From Deltaproteobacteria bacterium (GTDB lineage: Bacteria > Desulfobacterota > Desulfomonilia > UBA1062), in contig JAHDRW010000012.1 of NCBI GenBank assembly GCA_018433085.1, positions 20,606-84,605 on the forward strand: a stretch of DNA of 64,000 bases, read 5' to 3'. Positions within the stretch are counted from its first letter, which is position 1, and each line of letters opens with the position of its first letter. The notes below the pieces were generated by a model. It did no database searches and had not been told where the DNA came from. It was given only the letters and a program-made list of their open reading frames with translations. Below, in pieces: positions 9,672 to 19,158 of this stretch. A program made the translations under genes and the position numbers.

Positions 9672-10253
9672 ATGCAGATAGTACTCGCTTCGGCCTCGCC
9701 CAGAAGGCGGGAGCTTTTCTCGTGGCTTGGCCTCAAGTTCGAGGTGATCGTTCCCGAGGTGGACGAGACCATACTCCCGGGTGAAACCCCGGTCGAGTTC
9801 TGTGCCCGGGTCAGCAGGGAAAAGGCACTGTCCGTTTCGTCGCGAATGCCGGCCGCTCTGGTGATATCCGCAGACACCATCGTCGTCTCGGGCGGGCGGA
9901 TCCTCGGAAAACCGGTTGACGAGGCCCATGCCCGCGAACATCTCAGGCTTCTGAAGGGCACCGGGCACGAGGTCTATACCGGATATGCGATCATCCGGGG
10001 AAAAGAGCGCGTGAGCAGGGTCATCCGGACCCTGGTCCATTTCCGGGACATGAGCCCGGACGAGATCGACTGGTACGTTTCCACGAAAGAACCCATGGAC
10101 AAGGCCGGGTCATACGGCCTCCAGGGGATCGGGTCTCTCTTCATCAGCACGATCGAGGGATCGTATACGAACGTGATCGGACTCCCGTTGTCCGACCTCT
10201 ATCACGATCTCAAAGGTTTTGGCATTGCATTGCATACCGTTGAAGGAGGGTAG
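9672..10253 (+). CDS. maf: Maf-like nucleoside-triphosphate pyrophosphatase (septum formation protein Maf)
   Basis: IVLASASPRRRELF...ISADTIV...GKP...YTGYAI...SYGLQGIGSLFISTIEGSYTNVIGLPL is the Maf signature. An alternative ATG lies at 9660. Confidence 0.85.
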   Translation: MQIVLASASPRRRELFSWLGLKFEVIVPEVDETILPGETPVEFCARVSREKALSVSSRMPAALVISADTIVVSGGRILGKPVDEAHAREHLRLLKGTGHEVYTGYAIIRGKERVSRVIRTLVHFRDMSPDEIDWYVSTKEPMDKAGSYGLQGIGSLFISTIEGSYTNVIGLPLSDLYHDLKGFGIALHTVEGG

Positions 10254-10256
10254 CAC

Positions 10257-11741
10257 GTGAGCAGATATATCATGGCAATCGACCAGGGCACCACCGGAAC
10301 CCGGATCATGCTGGTGGACCGCACGGGAAAGATCGCCTCCATGGCGTATTCCGAATTCCCCCAGATCTATCCCCGGTCAGGCTGGGTCGAGCACGATCCG
10401 GAGGTGATCTGGAACACGACCGTGAGTATGATGAACCAGGCACTGGAAAAGATATCCGCCACTGCCTCGGATATCGCGGGCATCGGCATCACCAACCAGC
10501 GGGAAACCACGGTGCTGTGGGACCGCAGAACTCTAAAGCCCGCGCACAACGCCATCGTGTGGCAGTGCAGGCGCAGCGCCCCCATCTGTGACGAACTGAA
10601 AAGCAAGGGATACAGCGCCCTCTTCCAGAAGAAGACCGGGCTGATCATCGACGCCTATTTCTCCGGGACCAAGATCAGGTGGCTCCTCGACAATGTCCCG
10701 GGTTTGAGGTCGCGCGCGCTCAAAGGCGAGATTGCGTTCGGCACGATCGACACCTGGCTCATCGCCAAGCTCACCAGGGGAAGGATCCATGCCACGGACT
10801 ATACGAACGCCTCCAGGACCCTGATCTTCAACATCCACGACAAGTGCTGGGACCAGGAGCTTCTCGATCTCCTGGACATCCCGGCCGCCCTCCTGCCCGA
10901 GGTCGTGAATTCGGCGGAAATCGCGGGCACGACCGATCCGTCGATTCTCGGCACCGAGATTCCCATCGCCGGCATCGCGGGAGATCAGCAGGCGGCGCTC
11001 TTCGGCCAGGGCTGCTTCCGGCAGGGCGAGGCGAAGAACACCTATGGAACCGGATGCTTTCTCCTGCTCAATGTCGGAGACAAGGAAATCGAGCCCGGAA
11101 ACGGCCTCATCCTTACGCTTGCCTGTAGCGAAAACGGCAGGCCCTGCTATGCCCTGGAAGGCTCCATCTTTATCGCAGGCGCGGTGGTTCAGTGGCTCAG
11201 AGACGGGCTGTGCCTGATTCAAAACGCGGTCCAGAGCGGCGAGCTCGCCTCGAGCGTGGCAGACACAAACGGCGTGTACATGGTACCCGCCTTTGCCGGC
11301 CTCGGCGCACCGCACTGGGACATGTATGCACGGGGCGCGATCCTGGGCATCACCAGGGGCACCACCCGGGCCCACGTGGTCCGCGCCGCCCTGGAGGGCA
11401 TCGCCTACCAGGTAAAGGATCTGATCAGCGCCTTTGAAGAATCCACGGGCACCCCCTTTACCGAGCTCAAGGTCGACGGCGGCGCGAGCCTGAACGATTT
11501 CCTCATGCAGTTCCAGGCGGATATCGCCGGGTGCCCCATCGACCGCTCGAAGTATGTGGAGTCCACCGGCATGGGCGCCGCCTTTCTCGCGGGCATCGCC
11601 ACCGGCTTCTGGAAGCCGGGAGAGGAGATCAGGAGTTTGAGGATATCGGACAGGCGCTTTGTCCCGGGCATTCCCGGCCAGGAGAGGCAACGACTCTATA
11701 CCGGGTGGCTTGACGCGGTCAGCCGGGTGAAGGTAAAGTGA
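10257..11741 (+). CDS. glpK: Glycerol kinase
   Basis: GTG start with ggaggg RBS. YIMAIDQGTTGTR (FGGY N-terminal motif) and DGGAS C-terminal motif; 494 aa. Confidence 0.9.
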   Translation: MSRYIMAIDQGTTGTRIMLVDRTGKIASMAYSEFPQIYPRSGWVEHDPEVIWNTTVSMMNQALEKISATASDIAGIGITNQRETTVLWDRRTLKPAHNAIVWQCRRSAPICDELKSKGYSALFQKKTGLIIDAYFSGTKIRWLLDNVPGLRSRALKGEIAFGTIDTWLIAKLTRGRIHATDYTNASRTLIFNIHDKCWDQELLDLLDIPAALLPEVVNSAEIAGTTDPSILGTEIPIAGIAGDQQAALFGQGCFRQGEAKNTYGTGCFLLLNVGDKEIEPGNGLILTLACSENGRPCYALEGSIFIAGAVVQWLRDGLCLIQNAVQSGELASSVADTNGVYMVPAFAGLGAPHWDMYARGAILGITRGTTRAHVVRAALEGIAYQVKDLISAFEESTGTPFTELKVDGGASLNDFLMQFQADIAGCPIDRSKYVESTGMGAAFLAGIATGFWKPGEEIRSLRISDRRFVPGIPGQERQRLYTGWLDAVSRVKVK

Positions 11742-11755
11742 TTGGATAAGGGTGC

Positions 11756-12523
11756 ATGACATTCTTCGAATACATCGGGCGCACCGCCATCCGTCTGGTC
11801 GAGGAGATCGGCAGCCTCGCGATCTTCTGCTATGACTTCCTCTTCTGGCTGATCAGGCCCCCGTTCTTTTTCAGCCAGCTCTTCAAGCAGATGGAATTCA
11901 TCGGCGTGCGATCCGTGACCGTGGTCCTGCTCACCGGGGTGTTCACGGGCATGGTGGGTGCGCTCCAGACCCATTACGGGTTCAGCCTCTTCGGGGCGGA
12001 ATCCCTGGTTGGCTCCACCACCGCCCTGGGGCTCCTGCGCGAGCTGGGTCCCGTGCTCGCATCCCTCATGGTCACGGCAAGGGCGGGTTCGGCCATGACG
12101 GCGGAGATCGGCACCATGCGGGTGACCGAACAGATCGACGCGCTGACCGTGATGGGGGTCAATCCGTTCCAGTATCTCGTCAATCCCCGGATCATCGCGG
12201 CGATCATCATGATGCCCATGCTCACCCTGGTCTTCGACGGGATCGGCATCGTGGGCTCGTACCTGGTGGGGGTGAAATTTCTCGATATCGACTCCGGGGT
12301 CTTTATGGCCAGGATCGTGGAGTATGTGGACTACGAGGACCTCTTTACCGGCCTCATCAAGGCGACCTTTTTCGGGGTGATCCTCTCGGTGGTGGGCTGC
12401 TACAAGGGCTTCACCACCACCGGAGGGGCGGAGGGGGTCGGGAAAGCCACCACCAGTTCGGTGGTCATCTCGTCGGTGAGCATTCTGGTCGCCGACTATT
12501 TCCTGACCGCTGTCATGTACTGA
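11756..12523 (+). CDS. mlaE: MlaE/Ttg2B-family ABC transporter permease (phospholipid transport)
   Basis: 255 aa with about 5 TM segments. LGPVLASLMVTARAGSAMTAEIGTMRVTEQIDAL is the MlaE/YrbE conserved core. Confidence 0.75.
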   Translation: MTFFEYIGRTAIRLVEEIGSLAIFCYDFLFWLIRPPFFFSQLFKQMEFIGVRSVTVVLLTGVFTGMVGALQTHYGFSLFGAESLVGSTTALGLLRELGPVLASLMVTARAGSAMTAEIGTMRVTEQIDALTVMGVNPFQYLVNPRIIAAIIMMPMLTLVFDGIGIVGSYLVGVKFLDIDSGVFMARIVEYVDYEDLFTGLIKATFFGVILSVVGCYKGFTTTGGAEGVGKATTSSVVISSVSILVADYFLTAVMY

Positions 12524-12640
12524 CCCGGATCTTCAGGACAGCCTGCAGCCGTCTGCAGGAACCCTCCCCAGTCTGTTGCCGGGATATGCCGTTTCTCCTT
12601 CCTCCGAAGTCGGGGGACTGGTCTTCCGCCACCCGACCTC

Positions 12641-13120
12641 TCAGGAAGCGGCCCGGGAGGCTGTCTTTGCTGCCGGCTTTGTCTTCTTCGGTGTTTCTTG
12701 CTGAACCGGGACGACCATGGTGACAGCCCCGACCGGGCACTCTGCCTCGCAGAAGCCGCAGCCGATGCATGCCTTTTCCTCTTTCAGATAGGGATACCCG
12801 TGAAGGTCCTTGGGGCCTTTCGCCTCGGACAGATCGAGGCAGTGCACGGGGCAGGCATCGATGCACATGGAGCACGACATGCACAAATCGCCGGCAAAGG
12901 CCGGCCTTTTCCACTGGGAGCGTTTGACCATGACGCAAACATGGCCGAACTGGTCCTTTACTGCAGCACTCGGGCATACCCTGCCGCACGCGCCGCACTC
13001 GATGCAGAGATCCCCGTCGATCTTGTGGACGTCCTTCTTCTTTCCGGTGATGGCCCGGGCAGGGCATATCCTTACGCACGCCCCGCAGCCTGTGCAGGTC
13101 TCGATTATGGTATACGACAT
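12641..13120 (-). CDS. Poly-ferredoxin with four [4Fe-4S] cluster motifs; electron-transfer partner of the adjacent AOR
   Basis: Four CxxCxxCxxxCP motifs (CTGCGACVRICP, CIECGACGRVCP, CMSCSMCIDACP, CIGCGFCEAECP). Start at MSYTII with ggaggg RBS, 11 bp downstream of the AOR stop. Confidence 0.8.
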   Translation of the reverse strand: MSYTIIETCTGCGACVRICPARAITGKKKDVHKIDGDLCIECGACGRVCPSAAVKDQFGHVCVMVKRSQWKRPAFAGDLCMSCSMCIDACPVHCLDLSEAKGPKDLHGYPYLKEEKACIGCGFCEAECPVGAVTMVVPVQQETPKKTKPAAKTASRAAS

Positions 13121-13131
13121 CGCTTTCCCTC

Positions 13132-15078
13132 CTATTCCCCAGATAGCCCCAGCCTGGCCAGTGTCTCGCCGGTGGGCGCGCCGGTAGACGGATCCCACCC
13201 GAACTGACTCCAGTAGTCCGCCATCATCTTCTCGATGGGGACCGTCCGGCCCTTGTTGGCGCCTTGCGGCTGGGGAGGTATGCCCAATGCACGGTCGCTC
13301 AGCCTGTTCGCCCGAGGATCGATGCCGTGCCTGATATTGAACGCCTGTTTGAGGGTCTGGATCCTCATCCCGATCTCCATGTACTCTTCAGGGGTCTTGT
13401 TCCAGCCCGTGGCTGCATTGAGCCAGTCAAAGGTGGGGGTCCTCTTGATGCCGAGGAAGGTGCCGAACATGCACAGTCCCGCCCCGTTGACCACGTTCAT
13501 GTATTTGCTGCAGGCCGCGGTCTCCAGGGCGTGATTTTCCGTGGCCCGGTACTTGGAATTCTTGTGATAGATCTGAAACGGCAGTTTCTTCGGGAGGCCC
13601 CTGACCCTTTTCCAGAGCTGGAACATCTCGTAATAGAGCTGGGCCCCGATCGTATGCCTGCCCGGCGTGGGTTCTACACTATAGTGTACGGCGAACCCCG
13701 GGTCCTGCCTGCCGTCGTGCATGGCCGGCTCCTGGCCCCCTGCGTGCACGGTGTACTTCTCGGACCCGCGGCCGATCTTCTCTGCGGCGGCCCGTGAACC
13801 GTCCGCCAGAATATCGCCGATGCCTTCCCGGTCGATCATCTTGTGGATCAATGCGACCATGGCGCTCGCGTTACCCCAGCCCAGGTCAAGCCCGTCGGTA
13901 TCGTCAAGGGTGAGAATCCCCTGTTCGAAGCACTCCATGGCCCAGGCCACGGTGGCCCCCGCGGAGATGGTGTCCATGCCTGCCCGGTTGAGAAGCTCGT
14001 TGAGGTAGAACAGGCTGTCCGTGTCCTCGTTCATGCACAGGCCGCCCAGTGCCAGCACGGACTCGTACTCGGGCTTGTGGGTCTCGGAATATTTTCCGGT
14101 CATCGAGCACTTGCCGCCGCACCCGAGCGGGCACGAGTAGCAGTGATACTTGACGTACTCCGATTTCTTGACGAGATCCGGGTCTGCCGACTTCGATTTC
14201 TTCAGCGGCCAGTCGACGCTGCTGCCCTTCCAGTTCTTGACCGGAGAATCCCCCCATTCGGGCGACATCTGGTTCATGCCCCCGGTCCCCCACTGCCGGA
14301 GAATCATCTTGTAGACCATGCCGTCCATGGCCATGGCCGTGGGGAGAATCCTCAGGAGCGCCCCTATCAGGGCCGTGCCGATGCTCGGGCCGAGCGGAGG
14401 CTGGAACTGCACCCACTTGTTGCACGTCCTGCTGAGCTTATGGACGGTTTTCCGGTCATAGGGGACGATTCGCTTTTTCCCGTCGAGAACGAGGGCCTTG
14501 AGCCTTTTCGATCCCATGACCGCACCGAGACCGGACCGCGCGGCGATGCGCCCCTTGTCGTTACAGATGCCCGAGATGAGGGAAAGCCGCTCGCCCGCGG
14601 GGCCGATGACCGCGATCCTGGCACCCGGACCGTGCTGATCCTGGAGCATTTCCTCGGTCTCGATGGCGTCCTTGCCCCAGAGGTGCGAGGCGTCCCTGAG
14701 TTGAGGCTTCCGATCCCCGATATACAGATAAACCGGCGTTTCGCTCATTCCGGTAAAGAAGATGCCGTCGTAACCGCAGCGTTTGATGGCCGGGGAGAAC
14801 GAGCCGCCGCAGTTGGCATCGCCCCAGGTGCCGGTGAGCGGCGACTTGCCGGCGACCATCCACCTCCCGGAAAACAGGCTTCCCGTGCCGGTGAGCAGCC
14901 CGGAGACAAAACCGAGGATATTCTCGGGCCCCAGCGGGTCGGCCTCCCGTGGTATCCTGTCATACAGGAGGTACGCCGCAAGGCCGATTCCCGAGAGATA
15001 TTTCTCATAGACCTCGTCAGGAATTGTCTCTTCCCGGAATTCTCCTTTTGAAAGGTCGACTATCAATACCTTGCCCAT
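13132..15078 (-). CDS. Tungsten-type aldehyde:ferredoxin oxidoreductase family protein (AOR/BamB-like), about 650 aa
   Basis: N-terminal MGKVLIVDLSKG...YLGG/SGIGLAAYLL...GPENILGF..GLLTGT...SPLTG is the AOR N-domain signature. Internal CxxC/ExxH pterin/FeS-binding regions. Its length matches the BamB/GAPOR-size members of the family. Confidence 0.85.
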   Translation of the reverse strand: MGKVLIVDLSKGEFREETIPDEVYEKYLSGIGLAAYLLYDRIPREADPLGPENILGFVSGLLTGTGSLFSGRWMVAGKSPLTGTWGDANCGGSFSPAIKRCGYDGIFFTGMSETPVYLYIGDRKPQLRDASHLWGKDAIETEEMLQDQHGPGARIAVIGPAGERLSLISGICNDKGRIAARSGLGAVMGSKRLKALVLDGKKRIVPYDRKTVHKLSRTCNKWVQFQPPLGPSIGTALIGALLRILPTAMAMDGMVYKMILRQWGTGGMNQMSPEWGDSPVKNWKGSSVDWPLKKSKSADPDLVKKSEYVKYHCYSCPLGCGGKCSMTGKYSETHKPEYESVLALGGLCMNEDTDSLFYLNELLNRAGMDTISAGATVAWAMECFEQGILTLDDTDGLDLGWGNASAMVALIHKMIDREGIGDILADGSRAAAEKIGRGSEKYTVHAGGQEPAMHDGRQDPGFAVHYSVEPTPGRHTIGAQLYYEMFQLWKRVRGLPKKLPFQIYHKNSKYRATENHALETAACSKYMNVVNGAGLCMFGTFLGIKRTPTFDWLNAATGWNKTPEEYMEIGMRIQTLKQAFNIRHGIDPRANRLSDRALGIPPQPQGANKGRTVPIEKMMADYWSQFGWDPSTGAPTGETLARLGLSGE

Positions 15079-15389
15079 GTAACCTCTGTTCATACCCCCT
15101 CCTTCTCTTCTTCATGAAAAAATAGAGAGTAAGAGCTCTCCCTGAGGTTGTCTCTCTTCAGTCACGGCAAACTGCTTCTCGAAGTATTTTGCGGCTCCGG
15201 CACCGGGCTTACAGAGACTATCCTAAAAATTGCCGCAATAGACGAGAAAAACAGCTGCCGCACTCTCCGCTCCAGGCCCGGCTCAGGCATCCGGAATCGA
15301 ATACAACCGGGCGGCCTGCCCTCAACAACCCCCTGCGGCTTTTCCCGAATTTCACTCACCCCTTGACTTCAGGGTTTGACATATTTAAT

Positions 15390-15416
15390 ATAACACTGTT
15401 AAGTTAACAGTGTTAT
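15390..15416. promoter_or_regulatory. Perfect 13-bp inverted repeat (ATAACACTGTTAA-g-TTAACAGTGTTAT); candidate TetR operator
   Basis: Seen directly in the sequence, 20 bp upstream of the TetR start codon, inside the divergent intergenic region between the AOR operon (minus) and the TetR/GRE genes (plus). A TTGACA hexamer lies at 15376. Confidence 0.6.
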
Positions 15417-15435
15417 TGTTTATAAAGGTATTTAT

Positions 15436-16131
15436 ATGCCAAAGGTACGGCGGAGTCAAGAAGACAGAGACATCATCCGGGAGAAAATCCTCGACGAGGC
15501 GCTGGGCCTCATCTCCGAACACGGCTTTGCCGCCTTCAGCATGAGAAAGCTCGCATCCCGCCTGGGGATGACCGCCACCACGATCTATCATTACTACGCG
15601 AGCAAGGACGAGCTCTACCTCATGATCCTCACCAAGGGATTCGACATGCTCTATCAGCGCCTTGCAGAGATCTACGAGACAAAGGGCGACCCGGCCGGCA
15701 AAATCCGGGACATGGTGGGCGCCTATATCGATTTCGGCATCCGCAAGGCGAATTACTATAACATCATGTTTACCTCGGACGCCCCCAAGTATCGTGATTA
15801 CATCGGCACCGAGATCGAGCCCGTTGCCTTCTTCGAGAAGCAGACCGCATTGAAACTCGCGGACATCACCTCTCAGGCCCTTCAAGACCTGAACCGGGGC
15901 GTGAGGCGTTTCACGCCGGAAGAAATCCGGTATTTCGTCATCCGGCTCTGGAGCACCCTCCACGGAATCATCGCCCTGTACAACAGCAGGGTTCTCCAGG
16001 AGGTGGATGAGAACGCGGCAGCGGTTATCGAACAGGTGGCGCAGGACCTGGTGAACCAGGTCCTTTCCCGGATGGGCGCATCCCCTCCCGATGTTCGCAT
16101 CCCGGCCAGGCAGGGCGGCACCCGGCGATGA
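15436..16131 (+). CDS. TetR/AcrR-family transcriptional regulator
   Basis: N-terminal HTH ILDEALGLISEHGFAAFSMRKLASRLGMTATTIYHYYASKDEL is the TetR_N signature. 231 aa with a helical C-terminal ligand-binding domain. Confidence 0.85.
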   Translation: MPKVRRSQEDRDIIREKILDEALGLISEHGFAAFSMRKLASRLGMTATTIYHYYASKDELYLMILTKGFDMLYQRLAEIYETKGDPAGKIRDMVGAYIDFGIRKANYYNIMFTSDAPKYRDYIGTEIEPVAFFEKQTALKLADITSQALQDLNRGVRRFTPEEIRYFVIRLWSTLHGIIALYNSRVLQEVDENAAAVIEQVAQDLVNQVLSRMGASPPDVRIPARQGGTRR

Positions 16132-16180
16132 ACCGGTGAATAATCAGGCTTCTTTCGCCTGAGAATCATAGGGGGACGAT

Positions 16181-19141
16181 ATGTTTCAGCGGAATTTGGC
16201 GGATGCCATCACCCACGTGGCGTTACAGACCATGGCGTTTCATTTCAATTATCTCCCGAATTTCAGAAAATACCTTCGCTCGGACGATGGCTGGATCAAC
16301 TTCTCGCTCGGCATGCGAACCGAGCAGGGGAACGTGCGGCAGTGCATATCCTTCCGCGACGGCAGGGTGCGGGTGAGCTCGGATATCCCCGGGGATGTGG
16401 ATACCGAGATGGTGTTCTCCGATAACGGCATCCTGAAGGACATGGCCTCTCTGCCTCCGAACGAGGTGCTCAACCTCGTTCTCAAGAACAGGCTGATCGT
16501 CCGGGGCAACCTCGTGTTCGCCCAGCTCTTCAGCTTCTTCATCACCCTGTTCGTCAAGGGAAAGATCATCAACATGATGAAGAAACAGGCCCGGCAATGT
16601 CCGGGAGATTCCTGCTCCCACAACGCGCAGCCCGTTACCGCCCGTGCGCCCAGGATCAGACCGCAGCTCACGGCGCCCTCGCGCGATCCGGGTGTGGTTT
16701 ATCTCGACGATCCCTACCTCTCCGGCTATTCTCTTGCCGATTTCCCCAGGCTGAAGAAGTTCCTCGATATCCACTTCACTCAAAAGCCCGTCATCTGCCA
16801 CGAGCGGCCCCTGCTTCTCACCCAATGGTTCAGAAAAAACGGCTTCGAAAGGCGTCCGGACGGGAGCCCCTGGGTTCCCGAGCTCAGGCAGGGCCACGCG
16901 TTCAAGCATCTCATGGAGCACCGCAAGCCCATCATCAGGAAAGACGACCTCATCGCGGGGACGACCACCGCGCAGGAAATCGGGGTCGTGCTCTATCCGG
17001 ACTCCCACGGAACCATGATCTGGGGCGAGCTCTTCACGACTCCCTTCAGGCAACTCTTCCCCTACGACATAGGCGACGATACCAGGGAGATCCTGCACCA
17101 CTCGGTCTTTCCCTTCTGGGTTCACCGGAACTTCAAGGAGTGGGTGAGGGAAAAGTACGGCAATCCCTTAAGCCAGAGCCTCGACGACCGGTTCGCGGTG
17201 TACTTCCTCTGGAAGACCGCGGCCCTGTCCCACACCGTGATCGACTACCCCAGGCTGCTCAAGCTCGGCGCACGGGGGATCATCGAGGAAATCCGGCGGG
17301 AGCTCAGGGAAGACACCGGTGCAGATCAGACCAAGAAGGATACGCTTCAGGCCATGATCTTCTGCTATGAGGGCATCATCGCCTATGCCCGCAATCTCTC
17401 GGCACAGGCCGCGCGCGAGGCCCGTGTCGAATCGGATGAGCGGCGGCAGGCGGAGCTCGAGCGCCTCGCCGAGATCTGCGCCCGGGTGCCCGAGCACCCC
17501 AGCACCACCCTGGAGGAGGCCCTGAACGCCATCTGGATCCACTGGGTGGGCGTGCACATGGAAAACACCAATGCCGGGTTCTCCCTGGGCAGGATGGACC
17601 AGTGGCTCCAGCCATTCTTTACTGCAGACCTGAAAAAGATCCGCGGCAGGAAAAAGCGCCAGGAATACATCAAACGCGCCGTCGAGCTCGTGGGATGTTT
17701 CTATATGCGTTGCACCGACCACCTCCCGCTGATTCCGGACATCGGCAACTACCTGTTCGGCGGGAGCTCCTCCGATCAGGCCATCACCCTGGGAGGCGTC
17801 ACCCCTGAAGGCAAGGACGCGGTCAACGACATGACCTATATCTTTCTGAAGATCACCGAGATGCTCGGGATCCGGGATCCCAACGTCAATGCCCGCTACC
17901 ACGGGGGAATCAACAGCGAGTCCTATCTGCGCCGGCTGTGTGAGGTCAATGTCAACACCACCTCCACCCCCTCCATCCACAACGACGGGATGGTCATGGC
18001 CTCGCTCCGGGAGTTCGACTATCCGCCCGAGCACCTGAGAGACTGGGCCGCGACAGGCTGCGTGGAGCCGACCCTGTCCGGAAGGCACATCGGCCACACC
18101 AACTGCATGATGTTCAACATGGTGGCCGCCCTGGAGATGGCCATGTACAACGGCCGCCACCCCCTGATGCGATGGGACGTGGGCCCCCGGACCGGCCGCG
18201 CGGACAACGGCTCGTTTCCAACCTTCGATGACTTCTTCCAGGCCTTCTGCACCCAGCTCGACTTCCTCATGGACAACTCCTGCGAATACAACCGACTGCT
18301 GGGAGAGGCCCACAGCGTGCTGCGTCCCACACCCTTTATCTCGGGCCTCATCGAAGGGTGTGTCGTCAAGGGCAGAGACGCCACCAAGGGAGGGGCCCTC
18401 TACAACTCCTCGGGCACGGCCTGCATCGGGCTTGCGGATATCACGGATTCACTCATGGCCATCAAGAAACTCGTGTACGACGAGCAGAAAGCGACGCTTC
18501 AGGAGATGCGCGAGGCCATGGAGTCCAATTTCGCCCAAAACAGCCGCCTCCATGCCCTGGTGCTCAACAAGGTTCCACTCTTCGGCTCCGGAAGCCCGGA
18601 AGCCGTGGACATGGCCAACCGGGTGATTCGGTTCATCCACGACCGCTTCGGCGCACACACGAACTTCCGGGGCGGCAGGTATACCGCCGGGTTCTGGTCC
18701 ATGTCCAACCACGTTGCCTTCGGAACCCTCACCGGGGCCCTGCCCTCTGGCAGGCTTGCCGGCAAGCCCTTCACCCCCGGCCTCACGCCCGAGGCGCATG
18801 CGTCGAAGAGCCTGCTGGACAATATCCGCGATGTCTCCCGGCTCGAGCCCGGGAACATGAACAACAACATCGCCTTCAACGTCAAGGTGGTGCCGTCGGC
18901 CAAGGAGAGTCATCAGGAGGCGGTGGACCATGTCTATTCATATGCCAGGGCCTACTGTGACCTGGGCGGCATGCAGATGCAGTTCAACGTGGTCTCGTCC
19001 GCCACCCTCAGGGATGCCATGGCCCACCCCGAGAACTACCGCGATCTCATGGTGCGCATATCGGGGTACAACGCCTACTTTGTGACCTTGAACAGGGACA
19101 TGCAGACGGAGCTCATCGAGCGCGCGGAATACGGCCTCTGA
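16181..19141 (+). CDS. Glycyl radical enzyme (PFL-like family) with an N-terminal SCP2-like extension; substrate unknown
   Basis: C-terminal glycyl-radical motif MVRISGYNAYFVTLNRDMQTELIERAEY and catalytic loop TGCVEPT (Cys-x-Glu). Residues 1-125 resemble an SCP2 sterol-carrier fold (DTEMVFSDNGILKDMASLPPNEVLNLVLKNRLIVRGNLVFAQLF). 986 aa in total; strong agggggacgat RBS at 16181. Confidence 0.85.
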   Translation: MFQRNLADAITHVALQTMAFHFNYLPNFRKYLRSDDGWINFSLGMRTEQGNVRQCISFRDGRVRVSSDIPGDVDTEMVFSDNGILKDMASLPPNEVLNLVLKNRLIVRGNLVFAQLFSFFITLFVKGKIINMMKKQARQCPGDSCSHNAQPVTARAPRIRPQLTAPSRDPGVVYLDDPYLSGYSLADFPRLKKFLDIHFTQKPVICHERPLLLTQWFRKNGFERRPDGSPWVPELRQGHAFKHLMEHRKPIIRKDDLIAGTTTAQEIGVVLYPDSHGTMIWGELFTTPFRQLFPYDIGDDTREILHHSVFPFWVHRNFKEWVREKYGNPLSQSLDDRFAVYFLWKTAALSHTVIDYPRLLKLGARGIIEEIRRELREDTGADQTKKDTLQAMIFCYEGIIAYARNLSAQAAREARVESDERRQAELERLAEICARVPEHPSTTLEEALNAIWIHWVGVHMENTNAGFSLGRMDQWLQPFFTADLKKIRGRKKRQEYIKRAVELVGCFYMRCTDHLPLIPDIGNYLFGGSSSDQAITLGGVTPEGKDAVNDMTYIFLKITEMLGIRDPNVNARYHGGINSESYLRRLCEVNVNTTSTPSIHNDGMVMASLREFDYPPEHLRDWAATGCVEPTLSGRHIGHTNCMMFNMVAALEMAMYNGRHPLMRWDVGPRTGRADNGSFPTFDDFFQAFCTQLDFLMDNSCEYNRLLGEAHSVLRPTPFISGLIEGCVVKGRDATKGGALYNSSGTACIGLADITDSLMAIKKLVYDEQKATLQEMREAMESNFAQNSRLHALVLNKVPLFGSGSPEAVDMANRVIRFIHDRFGAHTNFRGGRYTAGFWSMSNHVAFGTLTGALPSGRLAGKPFTPGLTPEAHASKSLLDNIRDVSRLEPGNMNNNIAFNVKVVPSAKESHQEAVDHVYSYARAYCDLGGMQMQFNVVSSATLRDAMAHPENYRDLMVRISGYNAYFVTLNRDMQTELIERAEYGL

Positions 19142-19158
19142 GCAGGCAGGAAGAACCG

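Noticed and set aside
12513-13207. Plus- and minus-strand ORFs 12513..13079, 12698..13207 and 12810..13187 overlapping the ferredoxin gene
   Set aside because: Alternative frames of the Cys-codon-rich ferredoxin region. Only the frame with four CxxCxxCxxxCP motifs is credible.
13843-15051. 402-aa plus-strand ORF antisense to the first AOR; also 10533..11762 (antisense to glpK), 17168..18313 (antisense to GRE), 43268..44638, 45711..46727, 41308..42462
   Set aside because: All are long antisense ORFs in a 60% GC background with no recognisable domains. Each overlaps a strongly supported gene.
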